This document shows positions 1-12,038 of a DNA stretch of 64,000 nucleotides, piece by piece. How positions within the stretch are numbered: the stretch's first letter is position 1; each line of letters opens with the position of its first letter. The notes beneath the pieces were generated by a model. The model was not told the origin of the DNA, made no database searches, and worked only from the letters and a program-made list of their open reading frames with translations. Both the position numbers and the translations under genes were made by a program. Source of the stretch: the human T2T-CHM13v2.0 reference genome, Homo sapiens; NCBI RefSeq assembly GCF_009914755.1, contig NC_060934.1. One strand, written 5' to 3'.

Positions 1-579
1 ACTACCCTGATCCCAAACTGCACTCGTAGAAGTCTAACCCAGTGCATGACCCAGTGTGATTCATGACCCAGTGCAGGTATTTCTTTCTCATCCCAGCCCA
101 GTATTGGTCTTCTGAATTGCCTTAGCTCTTACCTTTTTTACGGCTTTATCGTATTTTGCTTTTTTTCCGTATTTGTCTTTTTCACCTTTACTTGTGAGCT
201 CTTGACAGAATAAGAACTAACAAGTATTCTTTGAATGTATAAATATTGAAAATTCTTCTTAGGGAAAAACAAAATCTTATCTAGCATTTGAAATGCAAGT
301 GTTCCTAACCTATATCCTCTTCTTTCTGTTCTTATTCCTGTTACTGAAGTTCAAGTTTTGATTAATGTAATTGTCTTCTAATTGGTCTCTACCAACAGTG
401 TCTCCTTACTTCAGTCCATCCTATATACCAGTGCTAGATTATTCTTTCTGAAGCACAGTCTAATTTTATTTCCCTATTCAGAAACATCAGGGGTTCTTGA
501 TTATCTATTGAATTAAGTAGAAATTCCACAGGCTAGCAAAAAGAAAATTATCTCAGCCTCTTTCCACATATATTTCTGA

Positions 580-700
580 GGCCGGACACGGTGGCTCATG
601 CCTGTAATCCCAACATATTGGGAGGCCGAGGCAGGTGGATCACTTGAGGCCAGGAGTTCAAGATCACTGCTGACATGACAAAACCCCATCTCTACAAAAA

Positions 701-702
<2 letters not shown>
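580..702 (+). mobile_element. Alu left monomer ending in (CA)n
   Basis: ggccggacacggtggctcatgcctgtaatccc...tctctacaaaaaatac; flanked by an atttctga duplication. Confidence 0.9.

Positions 703-732
<30 letters not shown>
703..732. repeat. (CA)n microsatellite
   Basis: Pure AC run derived from the Alu A-rich segment. Confidence 0.95.
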
Positions 733-735
<3 letters not shown>

Positions 736-2501
736 TTTCTGACCATTACTAAACATGTGCATCCAAACTGGCATATTCATTGTGTCTTGGATCTATCTTG
801 GATTTTCTGTCTTAGCTTTATTTATAACTGTAAAAATCCTGGATCTCTTCCCAAAGACATTCTAATGCAACCTCTTTCACAAAGCCTTTGCTGATTCCAC
901 TTAACTGCATGTGGATACTTTGTCTTGCTTTTATGGTCCTGTTTTTATTTTATACTACTGCTGTTTGTAGACTTGCCTTCTTTTCCTTATTGTAGAACTT
1001 ACACCTCTTATGTCAGGAACTACATCTATTCATCTTTGTATATTCGGTAATACTTAACACAGTGTCTTACACAAAGTAGTTGCTTGATAAGTGTTTTGTT
1101 AAGTATGAAAGAGTGAAGAAATGGACAACATGAAGGTCATTTTCTTGTTTGTATAAAGCGTATAAAAGTATACTGCCTAAAAAATCAATTTCCAAATTGA
1201 AATTTGTCAAATAGAGAATACTTTCTAGTTTTGAAGTGAAGGTGCAATCTATTATTCTCAGGCAGAAACTTGGAAAATATCTGTATGAGAGTTTAGTAAA
1301 GATGATACCAGTACTGATTAGAAATATTTGTATTTATACTTTACTCATTTCTTGCACACCTCAGTGAAGGAAAAATACAGTAACTAAAACCACAGCTCTC
1401 TAGACTCAACTGTAAATTTAGTAGTGATCAAAACAAAAGACCCTTTAGCACCAGAATAACTGTTGCAAATTCCCAACATTAAGGAGAAATACTTTGTCCT
1501 GTTGAAGACACAGACCCTTAGGCTTTCATTTGCCCTTTTTACTCACTCGATATAATAATCATTGAGTGCTTATTAAGCTTGCTAACAGACTTCCTGCTGA
1601 TGAACCATATAATTCAACATACAGAAGTGATATTCAGAAGTAAAACTGACCGGCCATCCAAAAACTCAAATTGTTATTGTCAGTTTAAGGAGGCAGGGAC
1701 AGATAATGGGATCAGTTTTAGATAAATTTGCATTAGAGATTTTGAAAGTTTGGCACTTGAATATCGAGTATTTTCAAAAAGTTCTTTATGTTGTAGTTAT
1801 TTCTGTGGGAATCAAAGTGGTATTTCTATGACATATTTTGATATCCATTTTTATATTATATCCATTGTTATGAGTTAATTCCAGGTATACAAAAATCAAC
1901 ATGAACAAACCATTGACAATATAATATATCCCTGTATTGGAAAGAGTTAAAAAAACTTTGAGACAAAATATTTGAAAAATTTGGAAATAGTCAAGGTCCA
2001 CTCTTTGAAATAGAATTTTTTTCTTATTAAGCTTTTTCTTAATGTTATAAAACAGTTGATTTTCACTACTAGATGTTAATTTTTTAAAATCTTGCTTCTT
2101 AGTTGAAAATGAACATATTTGTATTTCGTAACTTTAATCCTTTTAGACATTTACTAAGTTGTCTAAGTTAGCCAAGTTCTGGCTAATCTTGGTGAGAAAT
2201 TTAATTTCATAAATTATAAGTCTTAAGTTTGTATATAGCATAGCATACTTAAATATTTTCCTGATGTCAAACATTGCAGAAAACAATATTTTGAATTGCC
2301 CTCGGTCAGGGCTTAGTTGGAAGTAGTAGTAATGAAAGGGCTTTTAAAAGGAAACAACACGAGAGTTTTAGTAGGAAGCCAGTGGATTAGGAAAGACCTA
2401 TATAAAATGCAATTGAAGCTGTAGACCTTAATGAGAGTTACTTCATTCATGTTAACTAACAGAAGAAAGCAAAGCCACGTTGTGTTAGGAAGGTTGAGAC
2501 T

Positions 2502-2677
2502 GTTTTTCTGTGTTTTTTTTCTATTTTAAGTTCCAGGGTACATGTGCAGGATGTGCAGGTTTGTTATATAAGTAAACATGTGCCATGGTGGTTTATTGCC
2601 CCTGTCAACCCATCACCTAGGTATTAAGCCCAGCATGCATTATCTGTTTATCCCAATGCTCTCCCTCCCCCAACCCC
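2502..2677 (-). mobile_element. 5'-truncated L1PA (PA7/8-like) 3' end
   Basis: gggtacatgtgcaggatgtgcaggtttgtta...cccagcatgcatta; TSD aggaaggttgagact (2487-2501) / agggaggttgagact (2678-2692). Confidence 0.9.
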
Positions 2678-3046
2678 AGGGAGGTTGAGACTTTGACTGC
2701 ACTCAGTCTCTGAGTCATTTTTTCCCCCATCATAACCCGTTTCACAGAACATGTTATTCAAATGTGTGCCTCAGCAAATGAAGTTCTGCTTGTACTAGAC
2801 TCTGAGAGTCAATATCAAGAATTGAAACCTAAATACAAATTCATGAGTGACAAAGACCTACTTTGTGCTATCTTTTTGTATATGGCTGTTTATAATAGTC
2901 TGCCACCTACATCTATGAAAGGGAAGCCAGTTTGCTTGAGTGACATTTGTCAACTTTACTAATTAATGATTATATGTAAACCACTTCTGTTGTCTAAACC
3001 ATTAGTGATTCTGGCAACTTTTTTTTTTTTTCCCAAGACAGAGTCT

Positions 3047-3370
<324 letters not shown>

Positions 3371-3616
3371 TCATGGGACTGCCATGGCAGAAGCAGTGAT
3401 ACTTGTAGAAAGCTAAAAATTTGGATACTGCATGCCTTCTAAGGCCATACTCAAAAGATTGTTTAACAAACAAAAAGACTGCCAAAGTTTGATAAGCCCT
3501 ATGATTGGGATAGGGGAAGTTTTGAGGGAAGTAAAAATACGCCATGTATTATGCAGTCCTGTGGTTTTCCCAGTTCAGGAAAAAATTTTTCAACTTTAAG
3601 ATGATCACGTTCTATT

Positions 3617-3654
3617 TCTCTCTCTCTCTCTCTCTCTCTGTATGTGTGTGTGTC
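3617..3654. repeat. (TC)n(TG)n compound microsatellite
   Basis: Direct reading. Confidence 0.9.
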
Positions 3655-3941
3655 TTAAGAGTAGACATTTCTGTTACTGTCTCATACCCTTATGATTGGT
3701 AATTGTTGGAAGGAGAACAACCTGAGAGGGGAGAATGGGAATTTATAGTTGACTGTGGGATTGTGGTAAACTGATGTGTCCCAATTCATTCTTTCAGGGC
3801 TGGAAGTAGTTAGAGATGGACAGAAATAGAGTATAAGAGGAATATAGAGTGTAAAGAGGTATTTGGGGGAATGTTGTGGGTGTTAAAATGAGTATATTTT
3901 GATCTATGAATTTTAGAGCATAATTTCAAAAATTTGTCTTC

Positions 3942-4169
3942 AGGTGGGCCGATCCCCTGGGGTCAGGAGTTCAAGACCAGCCTGGCCAACATGGTGAAAC
4001 CCTGTCTCTACAAAAATACAAAAATTAGCCGGGCATGATGGCAGATGCCTGTAATCCCAGCTACTTGGGAGGCTGAGGCATGAGAATTGCTTGAACCTGG
4101 GAGGTGGAGGTTGCGTGAGCCGAGATCCTTCCATTGCTCTCCAGCCTGGGTGAAAGATCAAGACTCTGT

Positions 4170-4198
<29 letters not shown>
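3942..4198 (+). mobile_element. 5'-truncated AluS
   Basis: Alu body and poly(A); TSD aaaatttgtcttca. Confidence 0.93.
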
Positions 4199-4200
<2 letters not shown>

Positions 4201-5694
4201 TGTCTTCAAGGTAGTATTAATGTTATTTGAACTCACTAAGGGAATTCATCTTGATATTTAAACCTTTATAACATATCTATTCTATATTATTGAGAATCAG
4301 ACATTTCAGTGTTATGTACAGTGTTCAGCCAGAAAATGAATTAAAACTGATCTTACTAGGTACAGAAATTCTTGTGCATTTGTGAAATAATCTTGGGGAA
4401 AGTTTCATATTCTGTGTTTTAGGTATCTTTTTCCTGGTTTCATAACAGTATTTACATTTGAACAAGATGTTCCATATAGTAAAACTCTAGATTAGTGGTT
4501 CTTATATAAAATGGAAGAGTAACAGATTTCTTGAATTAAAATACCTGTTTTTCAACTATACCTCTTTTTTAATATTTCAATTAACTATTTTTAATTTTTA
4601 ATTTTAGTGTTTCCATCTGATGAAATACCTCATTCTTTCAGTATGTGTATTTTAAAATTTAAATTTAAAATTTAAAAGAGCTACAATTTATAACATTTTA
4701 AAATACACATACTCTTTAGGAGAGCTACAATTTATAACCTTTTAAAATACACATACTGAAATGAAATTAAATTCATTAATTTATGAATTTATTCATTCAT
4801 TAATGAATTAAAAATTTAATTCATTAAAATACTTCCCTTCTTTTGCTTCTGAAAAAGACTGTTTCATATTCTCATAACTGAAATTTATGTAGCAAATGAT
4901 GATAGTGAGTTTGTATAAAATGATAATATTTTACTGCGTTAATTTAGGTAACTTTAAAAAGCCATACAGAATCAGAATTAATGAAGTCACTTATCAGTGT
5001 TAGGTTTAATATCCAAATTGACCATGATTTTATTTCGTTTTTCCTTTTTTCTTTGACAAGAGTTAGACTTTTTAAACAAAACCTTTTATCAATGTAAAGA
5101 ATAATACGTTGTACAATATATTTGAGTCTGTGTATTTCTTTTTACTTAAGTAAAAAAGTAGTTTATTGTACAAAGTTAACCTTTTGTGGGAATATAAATA
5201 AAGAAAAATGGACTCTCCTGGAATCATTAAGGATGAGTAGACCAATACGGAAAGAATGTGATTTCAAGAGCACATTTTAACATTAAATGTACTTGAGAGA
5301 ATGAAAGCAGCATTGTAAAGTGCTTTCAAATAATTACTGTTGAAATCAAACCTTTTTTTAATAGACCTTTGAAATAAGAAAATGGTAAGACACAAATGAA
5401 AACTTCAAATGAAAATTTAAATGGGCCAAATTAGTTTTTAAGTGTTCTACATTTCTCTTACAATTATATTAGAGTAGATCATGAAAACATTACTTTCAAA
5501 ACAAACCAGTTTTGAGCCATAATCTAATAAACTATGTTGTGTTTTTACCTTGTTATTTTATGATATTTCACAGGAAACAGAGTGTCTTTAGCCTAATCTA
5601 TGATAGTAAATTATTTTGGAAATTTGTCTTGACATACAAGCAGATGTGTTTTCTTAATTCCTTTTAAACTGAGGGTTGGTGGTTTGTGGTTTAT

Positions 5695-6090
5695 TGTTCC
5701 TGTGATTGGCATTAAAAGCCTTATTTCACAGCTTGCAGTGAGGGACTATTGGGTAAAGAGTGGCTGTGTTCCACAAACTAAATTCAAAAAGTGTCAATCA
5801 AGGTCTCACATAGGTTACTTAGAGAATGAGTTTTCTTACTGATTTCACCAAATGTCGCCTCATGCTGTCTTTGATTGGCACAGCCTGGCAGGGAGGATGG
5901 ATGAATCTGTCACCGGCTGGTTAATTGTGTTACTGGTCTCAGTCTGACATCAGGTCTTTGACTCTTAAGTGGCTCAATACAAAACAAATTAGCAGATTGT
6001 AGTCATATTTCTCATTCTATATGCTTTGACTTTGTTGAATGCAGTCCATAAATCATATTGACTGACACACAAGTAAATGATGAAAGCTGT
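5695..6090. promoter_or_regulatory. Candidate developmental enhancer (PBX/MEIS/HOX motif cluster)
   Basis: TGATTGGCA at 5703 and 5872; TGATTGACAC (minus) 5791-5800; CTGTCA 5907-5912; TTAATTG 5921; TGATTTATGG (minus) 6046-6055; TGACA 6063. All lie in apparently repeat-free DNA. Confidence 0.5.
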
Positions 6091-7139
6091 TTTTGAGACA
6101 TGAATCTAGAAAGCAGCACTGTGAAGGTGCCATGGAAGGATGCATATGGTTGACCCTTTGGGAATTTCCTAGGAGCCAAATGTCTCTTTACCACAATTGT
6201 TCTTAGAAGAAAAGCTTTTCGGTAATGCAAAAAGGATCTAATATGTCAGCAGATTCTCTTTTACAAGTCCTTTGAAATATAAGAAGTTTGTCTAAGGTTT
6301 TCTCTCTTTGCAAGTTGTTTTCAGCCAAATGTTAGAGCAGGGTAAAAAAGTAGTTAACTTTAAAAGCTTAGCAGGTGTTTTTACTTATTTATTGAACTTT
6401 GTAGAGAGAGGGAAAATGTTGGTAATAGTTGCAATTAATTTTTCAGATGAGGGCAAGAGAAATTTTGAGGTGCTTGAAATTTATTAAATGTGCTGTGTTT
6501 TCTCAGTCACTTCACTTAATTATTTTGGCTTTTTTTGTTAATGTTAAAAACTAGAGCGTCTCTAATGAAAAGGGCTAGTTTTTAAAAGATCGTTGTAAAA
6601 GTACTCAGACTATTTTTATTCTAGAAAATGATATATTATTAAAGGCATCAATAATAATAATAATAATAATAGTGTTCAGAAGATTATACCAGAGTGTGCC
6701 AATGGCTATAGACATTAAAAATAAATTTTCAAATATATTTTCGGGTGTGTAAATTTTTGGAGTGTTAACATTTCTATCTAAAAATATGTAGTACATGAAG
6801 TTTAAGAATAGTTGTATACATTTTATAGTTACAAAGTAGACATTTAAAAAATATTGTATAATCTTATGGAATATAACTTTTAAAAAATTTAAAGAATCTG
6901 AACTTTTGATATTGTGAACTTAAATTTTGAGCTATTTATTTCATCTGAAGATTTATAAAATATTTTATAAATATTTTAATCTTCTATCTTTGAGAACAAT
7001 AAGCCTGGATTTAGTATGCCTAATCAAAAGAAATTCAATGTTAGGATTTTAGTATTACGCATGATATTTAAATAAAGAGCTAAATTTGTGTGTGTGTATG
7101 TATGTGTGCATGTGTGTTTTCATTACTTATTTCCACCAG

Positions 7140-7220
7140 GTTTCTGGAATAGCCTGTGTCTACTCTTACCATCGTTTTCAGCTCCAGTGCTATTGCTATG
7201 TAATCATTTGTAGCGTCTGA
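7140..7220 (+). other. Candidate alternative or cryptic EXOC6 exon (in-frame VSGIACVYSYHRFQLQCYCYVIICSV*)
   Basis: ttttcattacttatttccaccAG|G acceptor preceded by a UG-rich tract containing TGCATG. Phase-0 reading is open for 26 codons to TGA at 7218-7220. Unverified. Confidence 0.35.
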
Positions 7221-8254
7221 ACCCATGTTAAATTTTAAAAGTTTACATAAAACAATACCACTTATATTGTACAGTGTGTTTGCTTATGAAATTAATAGTA
7301 ATTTTCTGGCAATTTATTAATCAGCTTTTGCAGTTAGTACATGATAGTGGCAGCATGCATAGGACATGGAGCTGATTTGATGGAGAAGCACATTAAACTA
7401 AAATGCACTAGTTGTTCCATTAGGTCAAAATGACATTTCCATTAAGTATTCTGAAGCCTATTACATTGTAATTAAATGACATGCCATTGATTTCTCCTTT
7501 CTCTGCTTCCCCACTTCTCATTCATATTGATATTATTCTGCTTGGGGAATGGAGCTGCATGTCTCCCAGACTAATTCCTCTTGAGTTTGGGGGATCTTGG
7601 ATCATGCTGGGTTTTGCATTGTTTGTTACATTCCTTTTTGGCAGTTCATCAGTATCTGTCAAATATATTGTTTGCATCGGCTTTTATCTCTTAAGTTTTC
7701 GATTGAGAAATTGACATTCCGTTTCACATATGCAGTTTTTCACTGTGCATAGTGTCTAAATGCAAAAAACTCATTCAAAAAGTTGTTTGTTTCTAGTCTG
7801 ACTTTTAATGTGTGATTTAACAAATGTTGTAATAAGCATCTTGAAAATGTATTTATGTTCTTTATTACCTTTTTCACAAATCAACCCTATGTAATATGTT
7901 TTTGTACTAATATATTGTAACATTTCTGTTTGGGAGATTTTGGTCACGATTTTGTAGCTTTCTGGCCTTTGAGATAAGTAGGAAAAATATAATTATCAAA
8001 TATGACTGGGTAAATATTTGTTAATGCAAACGAGGCAAAACATGGCATGTCTTCCAAAAGTAATTATTTCTGATGATATTCATAGATCTTTGAATCCTAT
8101 CATAGTAGTCATTCCATCATGAAATCACATGATTGTCAGTTGAAGGTAGCCATCCTAGGAGCAGTATTATGCAGGAGAACTTTACCTAAAAGAGTTTTTA
8201 TAATATTTTAAACCTCTAGTTGAAATGCAAAACCTGTTTAAAAAAATAATTTAT

Positions 8255-8501
<247 letters not shown>

Positions 8502-9354
8502 TTAATTTACACTAAAAGTGATGTAGTTTTGTGAGTCAGCTGTGTAATGCAGAGGCTAAACATTTAAAAAGGCCATTTTTAAGAAAACAATTTAGGCCAT
8601 CAGTAAAGTTCATGTAGAGTTTTAGGAGATTATTATAGTAGGAAATATTTTTTAATGATGTATATTATACTGAAAGAAAACCACAAGTATTCAACCACAT
8701 ACTTCCAACCTACCAGATGATTTAAAAACTGAATTTCTAAAGCTAAATGCACATCTGTAGATAATCTTGAAGTCATATTGGTAGACAAACCTTTTTTTTT
8801 CTGCCAGTGATTGAAGCTATGCTATAGACTAATGTTCTGATTAGAAGTAAGGACTTATGATTCAAAGGGTATTTTGAATTTTAGCTGTAATTTAAATAGC
8901 AATAATAGTAAATTATACTGTTAACTTCCTTTATTCTGACTTGGTTAATTAGCTAAAGGAGAGATTAAGGAGCATTAAATGGATAAAATGTTCTGTCAGT
9001 ATGACTTATTTTATGTCATAAGTGTCATTTTAATATGCATTTCTAAAGTGCTTTCAGTATTTCAAGAGATCTGAAATAATAGTTTTTAACTGGTATTTTA
9101 ATTTTCCTTTGTGCAGTTAGAGCTTTAATGATATTTATATCCTGAGAAAGCCAAGTAAACTAAGAATATTAATGTTAATTTCTATGATATAAAGGTATAA
9201 CCACTCAGAATACAGAAACAGGAAGGAAAGTAACCACTATTGTACCAAGCATAAGCAACAAAAAGAATGCCAGGTGTATGATTTTTCTGATTCTTTATGA
9301 TGTATTTCTATGTGTGTTTATTTGTTTGATTTTTGGTTTGATTGTTTTAAACAG

Positions 9355-9496
9355 GGGAAAGTTGCTCAGACAGCTTGCATGTCAGCCTGCCAGCATCTGT
9401 CAACATCCTTAATGCAGATGCTACTGGACAGTGAGTTAAAACAAATAAGCATGGGAGCTGTTCAGCAGTTTAACTTAGATGTCATACAGTGTGAAT
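9355..9496 (+). CDS. EXOC6: EXOC6 (Sec15A) internal coding exon, 142 nt, phase 0 to phase 1
   Basis: Acceptor ...ttttaaacAG at 9353-9354 and donor GTAAGT at 9497. Translates GKVAQTACMSACQHLSTSLMQMLLDSELKQISMGAVQQFNLDVIQCE, which I recognise as the Sec15 C-terminal region. The residues fit EXOC6 rather than EXOC6B (recalled as ACKHLATSLMQLLLEAEVRQ). Confidence 0.96.
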
Positions 9497-10504
9497 GTAA
9501 GTACTATATTGGTTTATTCTTATGTATTACTAGGAATCTATGCTTAAATTATATGAAAAAATGTATTTAGCAGGATAGTTCAGAAAGGAGGGAGAAGGCC
9601 TGGTTCAGCTAAACTTTTAGCAGCCTTAGGAGTAGGGCTAACTTCCTGAAACAGGAAGATAAAAATATCTCAGCTTCACATTTAGGGCCTCTAGAGAGAG
9701 GCACTGAAGTGGCATTCCAGATTGGTATATTTAAAAACATGATTCATTTTCCCCATTATTCCTTGTCTGGTCATTCTTGCCTTTTTCTAGGACTCTCCTA
9801 ATGTTTGTCATAAATGAATGAAATGATTCTGTCATTCTTACTTGCCCTGTAAGTAACTTTTTAGATACTTGCTAGAAGAATAAGCTCAGGACCTTGCATT
9901 CCAAATGAAATTTCTGAATTTTTGTTTCTCCTTTCCTTAGATTTCACAAGGCTTTAGTATTGCCATTGTTTTTCACTTTATTTTTTTTTAGGTAACAAGG
10001 CTAGCAGATTCCATAATCTAATGTTGATGTTAGTCAATCAGCTTCAAAACTGGATATGCTATTTGGTCATTAGCCTTGTTACATGTGCTTTTGGATATGG
10101 GTTTTATCAACCCTCAAATTATAATTCTTTAAGTACAAGATATGAGTATATGTGAGCAATTTTCAAGCAGTGCTTTCAAATAAGTGGTACACTGATTAAA
10201 CAATGAAAATCCCTGGTTGACAATTCTATCAGGCACCACAGTTGATAAATTGAAAATCAGTGGGGCACAAGAAGGATTATAAAATATTTGTCTGAGGAAA
10301 AATTTGCAATAATGTATTCTTTGTGAAAGACATTAAAAAATTAAATGTCAGCAGTTTGCAACTGAAGCAGAAATGACTGATTTTTTTCAACAGATATCAA
10401 ATAGTTTGTGCCCACTCTGTATAAGGCATTGTGCTAGGAAAAACATCATTAATATTATAGAAAATAATTAGATAGGCTCTTTGGACAAGATCAATTGTCT
10501 GTTG

Positions 10505-10508
10505 CACA

Positions 10509-10548
<40 letters not shown>
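10505..10548. repeat. (CA)n microsatellite
   Basis: About 20 CA units. Confidence 0.95.
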
Positions 10549-10550
<2 letters not shown>

Positions 10551-10677
10551 CAAAGTTTCTAAAAACCTACCCATTTATTTAAAAAAAAAGAAATGTTTAT
10601 TTAGAAAACAAAAGAAAAATGGTTTTTTTCCTAGGGAAGAGAAAGATTAATTTTCTTTTCCCAGAAAGCATTTTTAA

Positions 10678-11245
<568 letters not shown>

Positions 11246-11410
11246 ATTTTTATAAGCTTTTAAGCTGAAAGTAATTTTTATTCCCATTCCACAAATACTT
11301 TGAAACTGGTTTCTTAAGTTTCTTTAAAAGTTGTCTTATGAGATCATTCCAGTATGACATTGTCTGTATAAATATCTTATATAAGCATTGCTCAAGACAT
11401 TTTCGTGTTA

Positions 11411-12038
<628 letters not shown>

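Larger units (their letters stand above)
280..1110 (+). mobile_element. Degraded L2 fragments, interrupted by the Alu monomer
   Basis: L2-like motifs (ttcagtccatcctatatacc; cacagtgtcttacacaaagtagttgcttgataagtgttttgtt). Confidence 0.5.

Noticed and set aside
2143-2186. Adjacent 7-bp hairpins (and similar at about 12151-12172 and 56090-56119)
   Set aside because: Short stems in AT-rich DNA are expected by chance, with no miRNA or snoRNA hallmarks.
7140-7148. VSG start of the candidate exon as homologous to a recalled short EXOC6B isoform ending VSGSCYFVLYI
   Set aside because: That tail is most simply GTGAGT donor read-through, so the three-residue match is likely coincidence and was not used as evidence.
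9310-9570. 86-aa ORF as a standalone gene (likewise 26076-26378)
   Set aside because: Only the splice-bounded cores are Sec15-like; the flanks are intron read-through.
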